DNA of 53,870 nt from the IMG/VR virus record IMGVR_UViG_3300043119_000046, positions 1 through 53,870 of that record; one strand, written 5' to 3'. The notes under the pieces are model-generated. The model had not been told where the DNA came from. It did not search any database and was given only the letters and a program-made list of their open reading frames with translations. This DNA is from a virus (lineage: Duplodnaviria > Caudoviricetes). Position 1 is the stretch's first letter. Each line of letters begins with the position of its first letter. This document shows, in pieces, positions 19,150 through 28,942 of this stretch. The position numbers and the translations under genes are program-made.

Positions 19150-19667
19150 GAGAATTAAGTGGACCCATTCCCGGACAGTCCCTAACGACACCCCCTAAAG
19201 GTTTTCCTTGGGAACGTCCACCTGAGATCACTGATCCCGAAGAAGCAATCCAGATGCACCTAGCTCGTCTGTCTCAGCCAGATATGATGGATGCTTTGGC
19301 TCAAGCTATTGAACTACAAGACCTAGACATCAAGACAGTGACCAATGGTATCCTCCGTGGTGCTGTTGCTAGTGGTGTTCATAGTATTGATGTCAGCCTT
19401 CTGGTTGCTCCTGTCATCCACGAGTTTATCAAGCAGACCACCAAGGCGCTGGGCATTGAGGCTGATGACGGCTTTGTGGATAAGAAGGTTAAGGCTGCTC
19501 AGGATCAGGCTGTTATTGCCATGAGAGCAAAGAAGCAGCTTAAGGCTATGGGTGTGAACCCTAAGGAAGTTGCAAAGAGTGTTGAAGCTGCTGCTGTTGA
19601 GGCTACTGTTGAGGCTGAGCCAGCACCTGCTCCTTCTAAGGGTCTGATGTCAAGGGGTGCAATGTAA
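19146..19667 (+). CDS. conserved virion-arm protein
   Basis: PIPGQSLT...PWERPPE motif. Confidence 0.65.
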   Translation: MRELSGPIPGQSLTTPPKGFPWERPPEITDPEEAIQMHLARLSQPDMMDALAQAIELQDLDIKTVTNGILRGAVASGVHSIDVSLLVAPVIHEFIKQTTKALGIEADDGFVDKKVKAAQDQAVIAMRAKKQLKAMGVNPKEVAKSVEAAAVEATVEAEPAPAPSKGLMSRGAM

Positions 19668-20659
19668 TGGGTTTCTGGCAGGGACTAAACGAGGGTCTTA
19701 CCTACGTGATGGAAGAGAAGGCTCGTAAGAAAGAGCTTATGGATGCTAAGCAAGAACGTATGGATGAACGTGCTGCTGCTCAGGCAGAGCGGGCTGCTGA
19801 CCGTGCTGCTGCTAGAGAAGAGAATCTAGCTAGGACTAGGGCGGCAGGTATCGCAGCTTTTGCTCCTTTGGTTATGGAGTATGCAAACCAGAATAAAGCC
19901 TCTGGGGCAATGTTGACTAAACAGTCTGACCTACTGAAACGCCTTGGTGATACTGTGGACCCAGAAGACCCAAAGGTTAAGGCATTGATGGCTGATCCTT
20001 TTCAGGCTGCTGCTCTTGAAGATCAAATTCGTACAGCAGAGTTAAAGAGGCAAGAGGGTGGTATTAGTGATGACAGTATCTTCAGGGGGCAAAGCCTCTT
20101 AGATATTGCAGTTGGCATTACCCCTGCAGGTGAGGCTGTGGTTTTCCCAGACCCATTTGAAGTATTGTCCCAGATAGATTTTTCTGACCCTATTGCAGTG
20201 GCTAAAGCACAGTCTTCATTCTCTGTTCCAGAAAGGGTTCTAGATGTACGTCTTGACCCTAAGGTGTATTTCACTGCAGACCCTGAACTCTTGAAAGAAG
20301 GTCGTAAGACTTTTGATCAGATTCTCTTAAAAGATGTGCAGAGAAAACTCCTTGATCCAAATCTTCCTGTTGCTGAGAAAGCTAACCTGCTAGATGCTGC
20401 TGATAAGTATAGTAAGGGTGACCTTGCTGCACAGATACAACTGCAGGACCAGTATGGTTATACAGCATTCAAGGGGCTTGTGGGTATGAATAGCGCATAT
20501 ATCTCAGACGCAAAGAATGACCCACAGTTTACAACCTACGTTACTCGTTATACAGAAGAATTAAAGGTTCAAACTCAAGCCTTAATAGATAGCCCAACCG
20601 CCTCACAGGCAGATAAGAATAAAGCAATAGCTCTACGCAGAACTTGGGGATTGGACTGA
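19667..20659 (+). CDS. putative internal virion protein
   Basis: MGFWQG N-terminus, helical; TAATG coupling. Confidence 0.55.
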   Translation: MGFWQGLNEGLTYVMEEKARKKELMDAKQERMDERAAAQAERAADRAAAREENLARTRAAGIAAFAPLVMEYANQNKASGAMLTKQSDLLKRLGDTVDPEDPKVKALMADPFQAAALEDQIRTAELKRQEGGISDDSIFRGQSLLDIAVGITPAGEAVVFPDPFEVLSQIDFSDPIAVAKAQSSFSVPERVLDVRLDPKVYFTADPELLKEGRKTFDQILLKDVQRKLLDPNLPVAEKANLLDAADKYSKGDLAAQIQLQDQYGYTAFKGLVGMNSAYISDAKNDPQFTTYVTRYTEELKVQTQALIDSPTASQADKNKAIALRRTWGLD

Positions 20660-23600
20660 TGGCAGACACCTATGAGGAAATGCTCAAGAGACTAAATGGT
20701 AATCAGCCTACTGCCCCTGAGGTAGCAGCACCAGTTGCTGTAAGTGAATACGATCAGATGATCAGTAGGTTAAACGCCACTGAACCTACACCAGAGGTTG
20801 TTGCCACAGGGGAAACACCTGTAGTAGAACCTTTACCCTTGGCTGAGACTAACTACTCTGAGAGTGACCTGATACAGGACCAGTTCTTCTTACCCATCCA
20901 GAACTACATGGTGGATCGCTTTGGTGAACACATGCGTGAGGCTGATCGCGCTGATGTCATTGAGAAATACACCAACAACATGAGAGGCTTTGAGGGGGGT
21001 AACTCTGTCAGGACTGTCAATGAGGTTATGTATCTTAATGAGATCAGTGACGACGAAAACCGTATGTCTACTGCTGGGGAAGCCTATAAAATCTATCAGG
21101 GTATGCAGGGTGTGTTTGGCGACACCACTCTTGGCGAGAAGGCTGAGGCTGTGTGGGACTTCACTAGGTCCACAGTAGCTGATCCCGTAAACTTGATTGG
21201 TCTTGGTATTGGTAAGGTTGCCACTGGTACAGGCTTTCGTCTGGGTTCTCAGGCTGCACTGATTGCAGCTAAACGAGCCTTTGAGAAGGAACTCGCTGGT
21301 GGAGCCGTAAGAGAAGCAGCCCAAGCAGCAGGACAAAAAATCTTTGAGCAGGAAGTCACTGAAGCTACTGCAAAGACTGTGGCAAGGATTACCCAGCGTC
21401 AGGCTGTTGAGCAGGGAGCTAAGACTACGCTACAGCGTATGACAACCAGCATTGCACTCAAAGAAGCTGCAGTTGTTGGAACCTTTGAGGCTGCTGTGGC
21501 TGCTGGCACTGACTACCTGTATCAGGATGTGATGCTTCGCACTAAGGTGCAGGATGAGTACAACGTATACCAAACAGGCTTGTCTGCTGTTGTAGGTCTG
21601 GTTGCTGGTGGTATTGCTGGTGCTGCTAGTAACGTGGGTACGGGTAGGACTGGCTTGAAGGTTCCTCCTGAACTTAAAAACGAGATTCCAAAGGGTAATA
21701 AAACCCTAGGTAAACTTGTCAACCAAACTTCACTATCACCCAACCCAGACCTGCCTGAGGGTAACTGGCTGGCAGATATTGCCGATGGTAAGGACTTGTC
21801 CAAGCAGGACATAGAGTTCTTTATTAAGATGCAGTTAGGAGACTCAGACAAGGGTATCAAGGGTCTGGCTCAGATTGCCCTTGAAGAGGGTTACACTTGG
21901 GCTAGAACTGGCCCAGATGGTAAGGTCTCTAACTGGATTGGGGATGTTATCAAGCAGGCTGACCCAGCAGATGCTAAGCAGTTCCTTGCAGACTTCACAA
22001 AGGTTACTGGCATCACTAAGGTAGACGGTAAGAAGATTACTATAGAGGCTCTGGGCGACACCTTCAAGAAGAGGATGAGGGAAAGCGCACAGAATATGAA
22101 CGCTGCCAGACAAATCTCAGACATCCTTGGGGGTAACCTTAAGGGTCGTACTGTGGATGACTATGTTGGCGCAGTTATGGACGGTGGTGTACCAGAGACC
22201 TCTTCTGTCGTTAGGGAAGCTATTGGTAAGTTCACTGGTGACCTACTTAACCGTGACCTACCAGACTTGCAGAATAATATCATTCGTCTTATGGTGGCGA
22301 ATCCTTCGACTACCCTGATGAACGTCACTGGTTATGCTGCAATGACTGGACTAAACAGTGCCACAGATATTGCTCGTGCTGTTCTCTTTGGTGGGAAGGC
22401 TGGGCTTTACCTTGCTTACAAACCCGCTGAAGCCAAGAAGGCTGGGATCACTGCGCTCAACCTGCTACAGAACCAAGTGGTAAAAGCACGTAGTATCCTA
22501 GACATCAACACGACCTATGACCAGTTCCTGCTATACTCCAAAGCTCGTCCACAAGTTATGGACAAGTTGACTGCCGTTCTTTCTGGTGGCGTAGAGAAAG
22601 CAGACACCGCAATCAAGGGCTTTGACCCTGACACACCCCTGCTAACCCTCCGTGCAAACCAAGTGTCAGACCTAGCACAAACAGTAGCACTGGGCAATGC
22701 TCAGGATGGGGCAACTAAGGCTATTGAGTTTTTTGCACAACTAGACAAGTTGATCCGTCGTCCCCGTGAAGAGGGTGGCTATGGCATGTCATACGCAGAC
22801 TTTATTTCTGACAAGGCTGGGGATAAAATCCACCCTGCTGCAAAGATGATGTCTGAACGCTACGTAAAACTGGAAGCAAAGGCTGTCGATGAAACGCTGA
22901 AGGCTACCTTTGGTAAGTCTTACAAGGGTCAGGGCGCATTGGGTGAGGTTGCTGGTGCTATTGAGGATGCACGTAAGATTCCCGGAATTGGTTTGCTTGT
23001 ACCCTTTGGCAGGTTCTTTAACAACACAGTGGCTTTGATGTACGAAACGACTGCGGTTGGTCCACTCTTTAGCCGACTTATAGGTAAGGATGATAGACCC
23101 TTTGAGGAAATCTTTGTACGTGGTGCTGTTACTTGGGGTTTGATTGGGACACTTGCACAGAGAGAAGCAGGCTACCTTGACATGGGTCTTAGCTGGAGTG
23201 AGGAGATAGACGAGAATACTGGTGCTGTTCTGGACGAGAAGTATGAGTTCCCATACGGACTGTATAAAGCAGCAGCTAGGGCTTCGGTTCATTTATACAG
23301 GGATGGGGGCATTCCACCAGAACTAGTCACACAGCTTAGGGATCAATTTGGTCTAGGTCAGCTTACTCGTCAGCTTGAGACTGCGGGGGAAGACACAAGC
23401 AAGATCATAGATGCTTTGTTGTCAGAGGATGGGCCTTCGTTTGCTAAGATGTTGCTGAACACAATGGGGGGTGTAGCGTCACAGGCTGTCTCAGGTATCA
23501 CAAGACCTCTTGAGCCTATCAATGCTATTGTTGGTTTAGGTCGTGATGAGGAGTTCTATGTCCCTGACCGTAAGCAGGGTCCAAAGGCTTTCAATCAAGC

Positions 23601-24168
23601 TCTGCGCTACATGGATCAGTTGCAGGCTGTGGTAGTTGGGGGTAACACCATGCCACCCCTGTACTCAGCAGTAGAGGGACAGCCCAGACAGAACATCTCC
23701 AAGTTAATCTCAACAACCCGTGAGTCTCGTCTTACTGCTACTGAACAGGTAATGAATGCCATTGGCAGACCTAGCTACAAGGCTGGCATGTCCTCTGAGT
23801 CTGACGTTGCTGACAATCGTTACAATCAGTTGTTCGATCAGATGGTGGAGGAAGAAGCAAAAGTCTTGCGGGCAACTAAATCCTTCAGAGAGGGTGATCT
23901 TGCATATAAGACAATGAGGGTGACTGATATCCTTAGTAAGGCCCGCAAGGCTACCAAGGCGTATATGGGTAGTATAGCCGCTAAAAGTGGTGATCGTGTC
24001 CTTGTTAAGATGATTGAGATATCCAACACACCCACCAAGACAATCCAGAGTGTGCTTAAAGACCTTAAGATTGACCGCAACTTAGATCAACTCTCTGAGG
24101 AAGAACTAGACACTGTGGCAAACACCATCAAGTATCGAGAAGAGATCGTAAAGCAGCGTAACGAATAA
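20659..24168 (+). CDS. large internal virion/ejection protein (~1169 aa)
   Basis: Largest ORF, last gene of the structural arm as in T7 gp16-like genes; DPVNLIG and PFGRFFNN motifs. Confidence 0.6.
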   Translation: MADTYEEMLKRLNGNQPTAPEVAAPVAVSEYDQMISRLNATEPTPEVVATGETPVVEPLPLAETNYSESDLIQDQFFLPIQNYMVDRFGEHMREADRADVIEKYTNNMRGFEGGNSVRTVNEVMYLNEISDDENRMSTAGEAYKIYQGMQGVFGDTTLGEKAEAVWDFTRSTVADPVNLIGLGIGKVATGTGFRLGSQAALIAAKRAFEKELAGGAVREAAQAAGQKIFEQEVTEATAKTVARITQRQAVEQGAKTTLQRMTTSIALKEAAVVGTFEAAVAAGTDYLYQDVMLRTKVQDEYNVYQTGLSAVVGLVAGGIAGAASNVGTGRTGLKVPPELKNEIPKGNKTLGKLVNQTSLSPNPDLPEGNWLADIADGKDLSKQDIEFFIKMQLGDSDKGIKGLAQIALEEGYTWARTGPDGKVSNWIGDVIKQADPADAKQFLADFTKVTGITKVDGKKITIEALGDTFKKRMRESAQNMNAARQISDILGGNLKGRTVDDYVGAVMDGGVPETSSVVREAIGKFTGDLLNRDLPDLQNNIIRLMVANPSTTLMNVTGYAAMTGLNSATDIARAVLFGGKAGLYLAYKPAEAKKAGITALNLLQNQVVKARSILDINTTYDQFLLYSKARPQVMDKLTAVLSGGVEKADTAIKGFDPDTPLLTLRANQVSDLAQTVALGNAQDGATKAIEFFAQLDKLIRRPREEGGYGMSYADFISDKAGDKIHPAAKMMSERYVKLEAKAVDETLKATFGKSYKGQGALGEVAGAIEDARKIPGIGLLVPFGRFFNNTVALMYETTAVGPLFSRLIGKDDRPFEEIFVRGAVTWGLIGTLAQREAGYLDMGLSWSEEIDENTGAVLDEKYEFPYGLYKAAARASVHLYRDGGIPPELVTQLRDQFGLGQLTRQLETAGEDTSKIIDALLSEDGPSFAKMLLNTMGGVASQAVSGITRPLEPINAIVGLGRDEEFYVPDRKQGPKAFNQALRYMDQLQAVVVGGNTMPPLYSAVEGQPRQNISKLISTTRESRLTATEQVMNAIGRPSYKAGMSSESDVADNRYNQLFDQMVEEEAKVLRATKSFREGDLAYKTMRVTDILSKARKATKAYMGSIAAKSGDRVLVKMIEISNTPTKTIQSVLKDLKIDRNLDQLSEEELDTVANTIKYREEIVKQRNE

Positions 24169-24195
24169 AAAGAGGGAGCCGAAAGGCTCCCTTTA
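24166..24195. terminator. bidirectional intrinsic terminator between the convergent arms
   Basis: A-run, AGGGAGCC-GAAA-GGCTCCCT, then T residues. Confidence 0.88.
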
Positions 24196-24220
24196 AGTTT
24201 ATCACGGGGTGTTCTTGTTG

Positions 24221-24475
24221 TTAGTCTTCAAGCATAAAGTCGGCCCAGTCCTCTGCCTCACGCTTGATCTCTTCCCTACGCACTAGACCCGTAGACCTAG
24301 ACAGCAGGGCATTCATTGCCATCCCAATAAGATAGATACGGGATGTCATAGGCTTAGGTGGTCCACTGTACTTCTTCTTAGCGGTGAACTGCTTGGCTTC
24401 TTCTTCAAGCATTGCATTTACTTTAACCACCTCAGGAGACTTCTCAGTAGGTTTTATCAGTGTGGTCTTCCTCAT
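24221..24475 (-). CDS. hypothetical protein
   Basis: 84 aa, GGAG RBS. Confidence 0.65.
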   Translation of the reverse strand: MRKTTLIKPTEKSPEVVKVNAMLEEEAKQFTAKKKYSGPPKPMTSRIYLIGMAMNALLSRSTGLVRREEIKREAEDWADFMLED

Positions 24476-24857
24476 ACTCCACCTCCTGAACCAGTTTGTT
24501 TAGATACCATTGTGCTTTCTTCAAGTCCTCTAACCCGTTCTTGTAGCGCCAACGGTGCAGATACTTCGCAATGTTACCACGAAGATACCCTACGTATTCT
24601 TCTTTTGTAAGAAAGTCTTCGATGTAGTCAATGCACTCAATACTGCCGTTACCAGTGTAGTGCTTTGGGCTGTTAACATTGTCGTATTTACTCTTATCCT
24701 GTATCACCTCTTCTACAGGCTCCTCTGTCCAATATGCGGGCATAGGGTCATACTTCGAAGCCCTACTGATATTAGCCATAGCGTGTTGAAGTCCGTCTGT
24801 ATCCCACTTAGCCATTACATCATCCTTTGGTTCTTCGTGATCCCAACTGGCCATCAC
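24444..24857 (-). CDS. DUF3310 / T7 gp1.7-like protein
   Basis: DNVNSPKHY...IECIDYI...GNIAKYLHRWRYKNGLEDLKKAQWYL. Confidence 0.85.
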   Translation of the reverse strand: MMASWDHEEPKDDVMAKWDTDGLQHAMANISRASKYDPMPAYWTEEPVEEVIQDKSKYDNVNSPKHYTGNGSIECIDYIEDFLTKEEYVGYLRGNIAKYLHRWRYKNGLEDLKKAQWYLNKLVQEVEYEEDHTDKTY

Positions 24858-25558
24858 AACTTCTCCTCTTCAAAAGCAATAATCCACTGCTTACAGATGT
24901 CACTACGAACGATATCATCCACACCAAACTCAATGGTTGGGATGTTCATGTTATACTTCTTGGCAAGATGTAGAATCTTGCTGAGTCCACTCTGTTCCTT
25001 AATGTCACTCTGCTTGATATCACCATTGATAACAATAGTACACTCTTTACCTACACGAGTCAAGAGCATTTTCATTTCGTGAACAGTTAGGTTCTGTGCT
25101 TCATCCACAATAATGAAAGCTCTGTTGAAACTACGCCCACGCATAACAGACAGAGGAACCATCTGGATATTCCCAGACTTCATCCCCGTCTCGACCACGC
25201 TCTTACCCAGTTGCTGCTCCAGTACGTCAAGCACTGGCATGATCCACGGGGTGTACTTCTCTTCCAAGGTTCCCGGAAGGTAACCCAAGTCTTTACCCAC
25301 AGCTATATTAGGTCGAGTGATAATGATGCGGTCAATGCGGCGATTAGCATAAAGGTTCGCTGCGTGGGATGCAGCAATGAAAGTCTTACCCGTACCACTA
25401 AAGCCTGTGACAATGATCTGACTGTGTGTGTTAAGCGCAGCGATATATCGTTGTTGTGCATCATTCATAGCTACAAGGTTGACAGTGCGGACCTTAGCCT
25501 CTTCTCCTGCGTTCTTGTAGCGGGTCACTCGTTTGCCCTTAGGCTTGCCTTCATCCAT
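24854..25558 (-). CDS. phoH: PhoH-family ATPase
   Basis: GFSGTGKT, LGYLPG, MRGRSF, DEAQN, GDIKQSD, DIVRS. Confidence 0.93.
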   Translation of the reverse strand: MDEGKPKGKRVTRYKNAGEEAKVRTVNLVAMNDAQQRYIAALNTHSQIIVTGFSGTGKTFIAASHAANLYANRRIDRIIITRPNIAVGKDLGYLPGTLEEKYTPWIMPVLDVLEQQLGKSVVETGMKSGNIQMVPLSVMRGRSFNRAFIIVDEAQNLTVHEMKMLLTRVGKECTIVINGDIKQSDIKEQSGLSKILHLAKKYNMNIPTIEFGVDDIVRSDICKQWIIAFEEEKL

Positions 25559-25781
25559 TAGATGGTTCCTTGAAGTATGCTTCTAGTTCCGTGTAGCCAC
25601 CGATAACCTCTGTCTGGTGTATGATCAGGGGGACTTTACGATAGCCACCCTTCATCATAATAGCTGCTACCCAGATGTTCTCGTGTAGGTCTACGTAGTG
25701 GTATTCCTTCTTCTTGTCCTTAAGCAACTGCTTAGCTTTGTCGCACCAAACGCAGTCAGGTCTTCCAATAATTGTATACAC
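25551..25781 (-). CDS. glutaredoxin
   Basis: CVWC active site, KVP, IGGYTEL. Confidence 0.9.
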   Translation of the reverse strand: MYTIIGRPDCVWCDKAKQLLKDKKKEYHYVDLHENIWVAAIMMKGGYRKVPLIIHQTEVIGGYTELEAYFKEPSNG

Positions 25782-25928
25782 GTTACCCCCTTGTGTTCTG
25801 TTGCAGAGGAGGACGAGGGGCGCTGTAACCCTAAGCCTTGCCAGCTTATCCTATTCCCTTGTAGGGGATCAATCCTACTCACTGTGTAACATCCACAGGT
25901 TCCGCATTTCTGCGTGGTAAACGCTTAT

Positions 25929-25962
25929 AAAACCTAGGACAGGATTAGCTTTTGTCCTAGGT
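25929..25962 (-). terminator. hairpin / probable terminator after nrdJ
   Basis: 10-bp perfect stem ACCTAGGACA/TGTCCTAGGT followed by TTT on the - strand. Confidence 0.55.
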
Positions 25963-25972
25963 ATTGTAACAG

Positions 25973-27901
25973 TTAAGTCAAATCAACAATCTCACAAGAA
26001 CCAGAGACACAGCTTAGTGTCTGAGAACCTGATGTATTGTCTTCTTGTTCATACCCTGAAAGTTTAGCCCAATCAATAGATTTAGGCATAACAGCTAGAA
26101 GATTATCGTAGTCACTTTTACCAATCTCTTGATAAGGCGCTTGTTGATAGGTATGCTCATTGTATGGCAAAAAGGACACGCCAGACATTTCATCAAAGTG
26201 CTTGTAGACAAAAGCACCAACCTCAAACCATTCATCACTACGGACGTTAATAGTAACAGATGGCTTATGCTCACACCAACTACGTTGATAGGCCAACCAC
26301 ATCTCTAGCTGGTCAATAGCACTCAGGTCAGACGTAACCACTGCACCCTCTGGAGCCTTCATTGGGAAACTGAACACGGTGGTCTGTGTAGGCTTCATCA
26401 CATCAGGTTCAGATGGGATACCTTGGTCCTTCATAAACTGCGTCAGAGGGTCTTTGTTATCACCTCTAACAGTTCTAATGTAATAAGCACTATGGCGAGC
26501 ATGGATACCTGACGCTGAGTCAACAAGTTGCGAGACGGTTCCAGATGGTTTAACACAAGTAATGGCAGCAGCAACAGGGATACCAAGACGATCAGCCCAT
26601 TCAGCGTTAGTAGTAATAGCGACATTCTTTAGATGCTCCAATGTTTGAGATAGACCTGCGTTCTTAGTGGTCATCAGTGGGTTGTCCATGATCCCCGTAA
26701 GAGATACGCCTAGCAGACGCTCTTCTTCTGTGTTGGTTTGCCAAATCTTACGCAGGTAGGGGAACTTGGTGTAGGTAGACTGGATCGTACCCAAGATGGT
26801 AGCAAGGCGAACCTTCTCTTCCAACGTCTTAAGTGTATCAGTAGAGCGAACAACTACTTCCGTTAGATTACAAAACTGATAGGGACGCAAGATTATCTCT
26901 GAGCAGGGGTTGGTCCCAAAGTCGTAGTCAGTCTTGCGGCGACCATTCTTAGCTGCTTGCTTCTTGGAAGCCTGACGGTTGAAGATGCCACGCTCACCTG
27001 AACCACTCTCAACAAGTGCAGTCCACTCACGCATGAAGCTGACAGCATCTGGCTTCTCAGTGTAGCTCACAGAGTTGTTAGCCAGACCACGCTGAGGGTT
27101 GTTCTCCCACCAGTTACCAGACTTAGCATAGCGCATACGATCATCTGACAGGTTGGACAAAGAGATCATAGCACTACGGCGGACACCACCAACTACAACC
27201 ACTTCACCGATCTTACACATGATGTCATGGCACTCAAGGGAGGACAGCTTGCGACCCTTGGCTTCCTTAAACTTCCCAGTAACAAACTGGAACAAGTCAA
27301 TCAGTGGGGCTGGACCAGATGCACGACCACCAAAGGTCTTCAGCTTAGCACCAGCAGGACGCACCAGAGAGACATCCCACTTAGGGATTTCACCAGAGTA
27401 TAGCAGGGCGATAACTTGACGCAGTGCCTTGGCCCAACCCTCTTTGCTGTCCTTGACCACAACAGTGGTGTCAGACTGGAACATGACCTCTGGAACCTCT
27501 GGCAGCTTGCTGATGAACTGACGCTCTACAGAGAAGCCTACACCCGTGCCACAGAGCAAGATAAACATAGCTTCATCAAAGGACTTAGGGTCGTCTACAG
27601 GCATATAAGAGCAGTTGTAACCAGCAGTGTTGTCACGCTCTAGGGCAGGACCAGCAGTCATTACAGCCCGCATACTAGGCATAATTTCTAGGTTAAGGAT
27701 AGCTTGTTCGATAGCAATAGCCTCACCGCCTACATGGTCAATGCTTGCAAGAGACTTGTTCACAACATTGTCGATATAGCGAGAGACAGTCTCACCCCAG
27801 TTCTCACGACGACCCTCATCCTGCAACCAACGTGCGTAGCGAGAGGTCGCAATAAAGGACATATAATCCGTCATACCGTAGTTATTTCCCTTAGTCTGCA
27901 T
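25973..27901 (-). CDS. nrdJ: class II (B12-dependent, monomeric RTPR-type) ribonucleotide reductase
   Basis: PSMR, YNCS, GGVRRSA, TNPCSE, FCNL, TCVKPSGT, C-terminal CVSGSCE; GGAG before ATG 27901; no small-subunit gene. Confidence 0.92.
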   Translation of the reverse strand: MQTKGNNYGMTDYMSFIATSRYARWLQDEGRRENWGETVSRYIDNVVNKSLASIDHVGGEAIAIEQAILNLEIMPSMRAVMTAGPALERDNTAGYNCSYMPVDDPKSFDEAMFILLCGTGVGFSVERQFISKLPEVPEVMFQSDTTVVVKDSKEGWAKALRQVIALLYSGEIPKWDVSLVRPAGAKLKTFGGRASGPAPLIDLFQFVTGKFKEAKGRKLSSLECHDIMCKIGEVVVVGGVRRSAMISLSNLSDDRMRYAKSGNWWENNPQRGLANNSVSYTEKPDAVSFMREWTALVESGSGERGIFNRQASKKQAAKNGRRKTDYDFGTNPCSEIILRPYQFCNLTEVVVRSTDTLKTLEEKVRLATILGTIQSTYTKFPYLRKIWQTNTEEERLLGVSLTGIMDNPLMTTKNAGLSQTLEHLKNVAITTNAEWADRLGIPVAAAITCVKPSGTVSQLVDSASGIHARHSAYYIRTVRGDNKDPLTQFMKDQGIPSEPDVMKPTQTTVFSFPMKAPEGAVVTSDLSAIDQLEMWLAYQRSWCEHKPSVTINVRSDEWFEVGAFVYKHFDEMSGVSFLPYNEHTYQQAPYQEIGKSDYDNLLAVMPKSIDWAKLSGYEQEDNTSGSQTLSCVSGSCEIVDLT

Positions 27902-28367
27902 AGTCTTCTCCAATGTTTTTAGTTTGTCCATTCAAGGCCCGATATACCGTCATAGTGCTTACGCCAACTTCTTTTGCAATGTCGTGATAAAACAGACCCT
28001 CTTCTCGCATAACCCTACAAACATCAAACTGCTCTGGCGTGAGTTTCAGTAGGTGCTTTCCCTGTGGCATATTATATCGTGGCTTAAGGGTTCGGATAAG
28101 TTCTTGCTCTTTAGCACAAGCACCCTCTTTATTCATACCTGTAAAAATCAACTCTACCCAATCACTTGCATTAAAACCGTCTTGGGTCATATCTTCAAGA
28201 TGGTCTAGGTGAGGTTGACTACGAAGACAAGTCAATTTACTCCCGTGTATCCACGCTCTGCCCCGACACCCATGCCCTAGATAAATCAACTCATGTGTAC
28301 GGGGGTCAGTGTGTTTGTACACATAGTAGATGAAGGATTGATAGTCTGTAGGTAGGTAGTTGCTCAT
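27891..28367 (-). mobile_element. GIY-YIG-like homing endonuclease with C-terminal HTH, fused to an RNR-like N-terminus
   Basis: YVYKH...IYLGHG...RA...EQELI...PRYN; HTH DIAKEVGVSTMTVYRAL. Confidence 0.75.
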
Positions 28368-28576
28368 TAAAAGTACCCCATGATTGCACCAGCGGGTGGG
28401 ACCACGATACCCAACAGGCGTATCACTACCTCTGTAGCAGAAGTTACATCCATACTACGCAAGAGCGTGATAATGTTCCAGACATACCCATAGATCATCA
28501 CACCCCACAGGCCAACCACAGCAGCCAACATCAAGAGGCCACCAATAAGTGAACCTTCATCTTTCTTATTTAACAT
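28367..28576 (-). CDS. small membrane protein
   Basis: Two hydrophobic segments; GYVWNI...RLLGIVVPPAGAIMGYF. Confidence 0.65.
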   Translation of the reverse strand: MLNKKDEGSLIGGLLMLAAVVGLWGVMIYGYVWNIITLLRSMDVTSATEVVIRLLGIVVPPAGAIMGYF

Positions 28577-28766
28577 TCTTCCCCCGTCTTTCCAAATCAT
28601 GTTCTAACCAGATCAGTGTATCAATGTCACAGCGATTGATGCCAATGTCTCTCAGTGTCTTGTCGTCCAGAGCATTAAGCTCCTTGATGATCCTACGGTG
28701 TTCTCGCCAAGTATTAACGTAGCGTAGCCACCTGATCACCCAACTCTCTAGTAGTCGTTTCTTCAT
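28566..28766 (-). CDS. DUF1127 (YjiS-like) protein
   Basis: WREHRRIIKELNALDDKTLRDIGINRCDI matches the L..LDD..L.DIG..R.DI signature. Confidence 0.8.
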   Translation of the reverse strand: MKKRLLESWVIRWLRYVNTWREHRRIIKELNALDDKTLRDIGINRCDIDTLIWLEHDLERRGKNVK

Positions 28767-28777
28767 CCTGACCCTTC

Positions 28778-28942
28778 TCAGTCGGTGATAATTGCAACAC
28801 GATGTGCCTGTACTAAGAGCCTGTTTATACTTAACTCCGCTACGGTAGCTGTAGGGTTCTGTATACTCCACTCGACTAATACCACAGGCACACTCTTGTC
28901 CTTGATGCTCTCCAGTTTACGGATAAGCTCTGCGACTGTCAT
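28778..28942 (-). CDS. hypothetical protein (54 aa, MTVAELIRKL...)
   Basis: Hand translation; ATGA coupling; common phage N-terminus. Confidence 0.6.
   Translation of the reverse strand: MTVAELIRKLESIKDKSVPVVLVEWSIQNPTATVAELSINRLLVQAHRVAIITD

Noticed and set aside
25790-25925. Cobalamin riboswitch or canonical tRNA next to nrdJ
   Set aside because: It lies downstream of nrdJ. Only AAGGGAA resembles the riboswitch and no B12 box is seen. There is no TTCRA T-loop, canonical anticodon loop or acceptor stem
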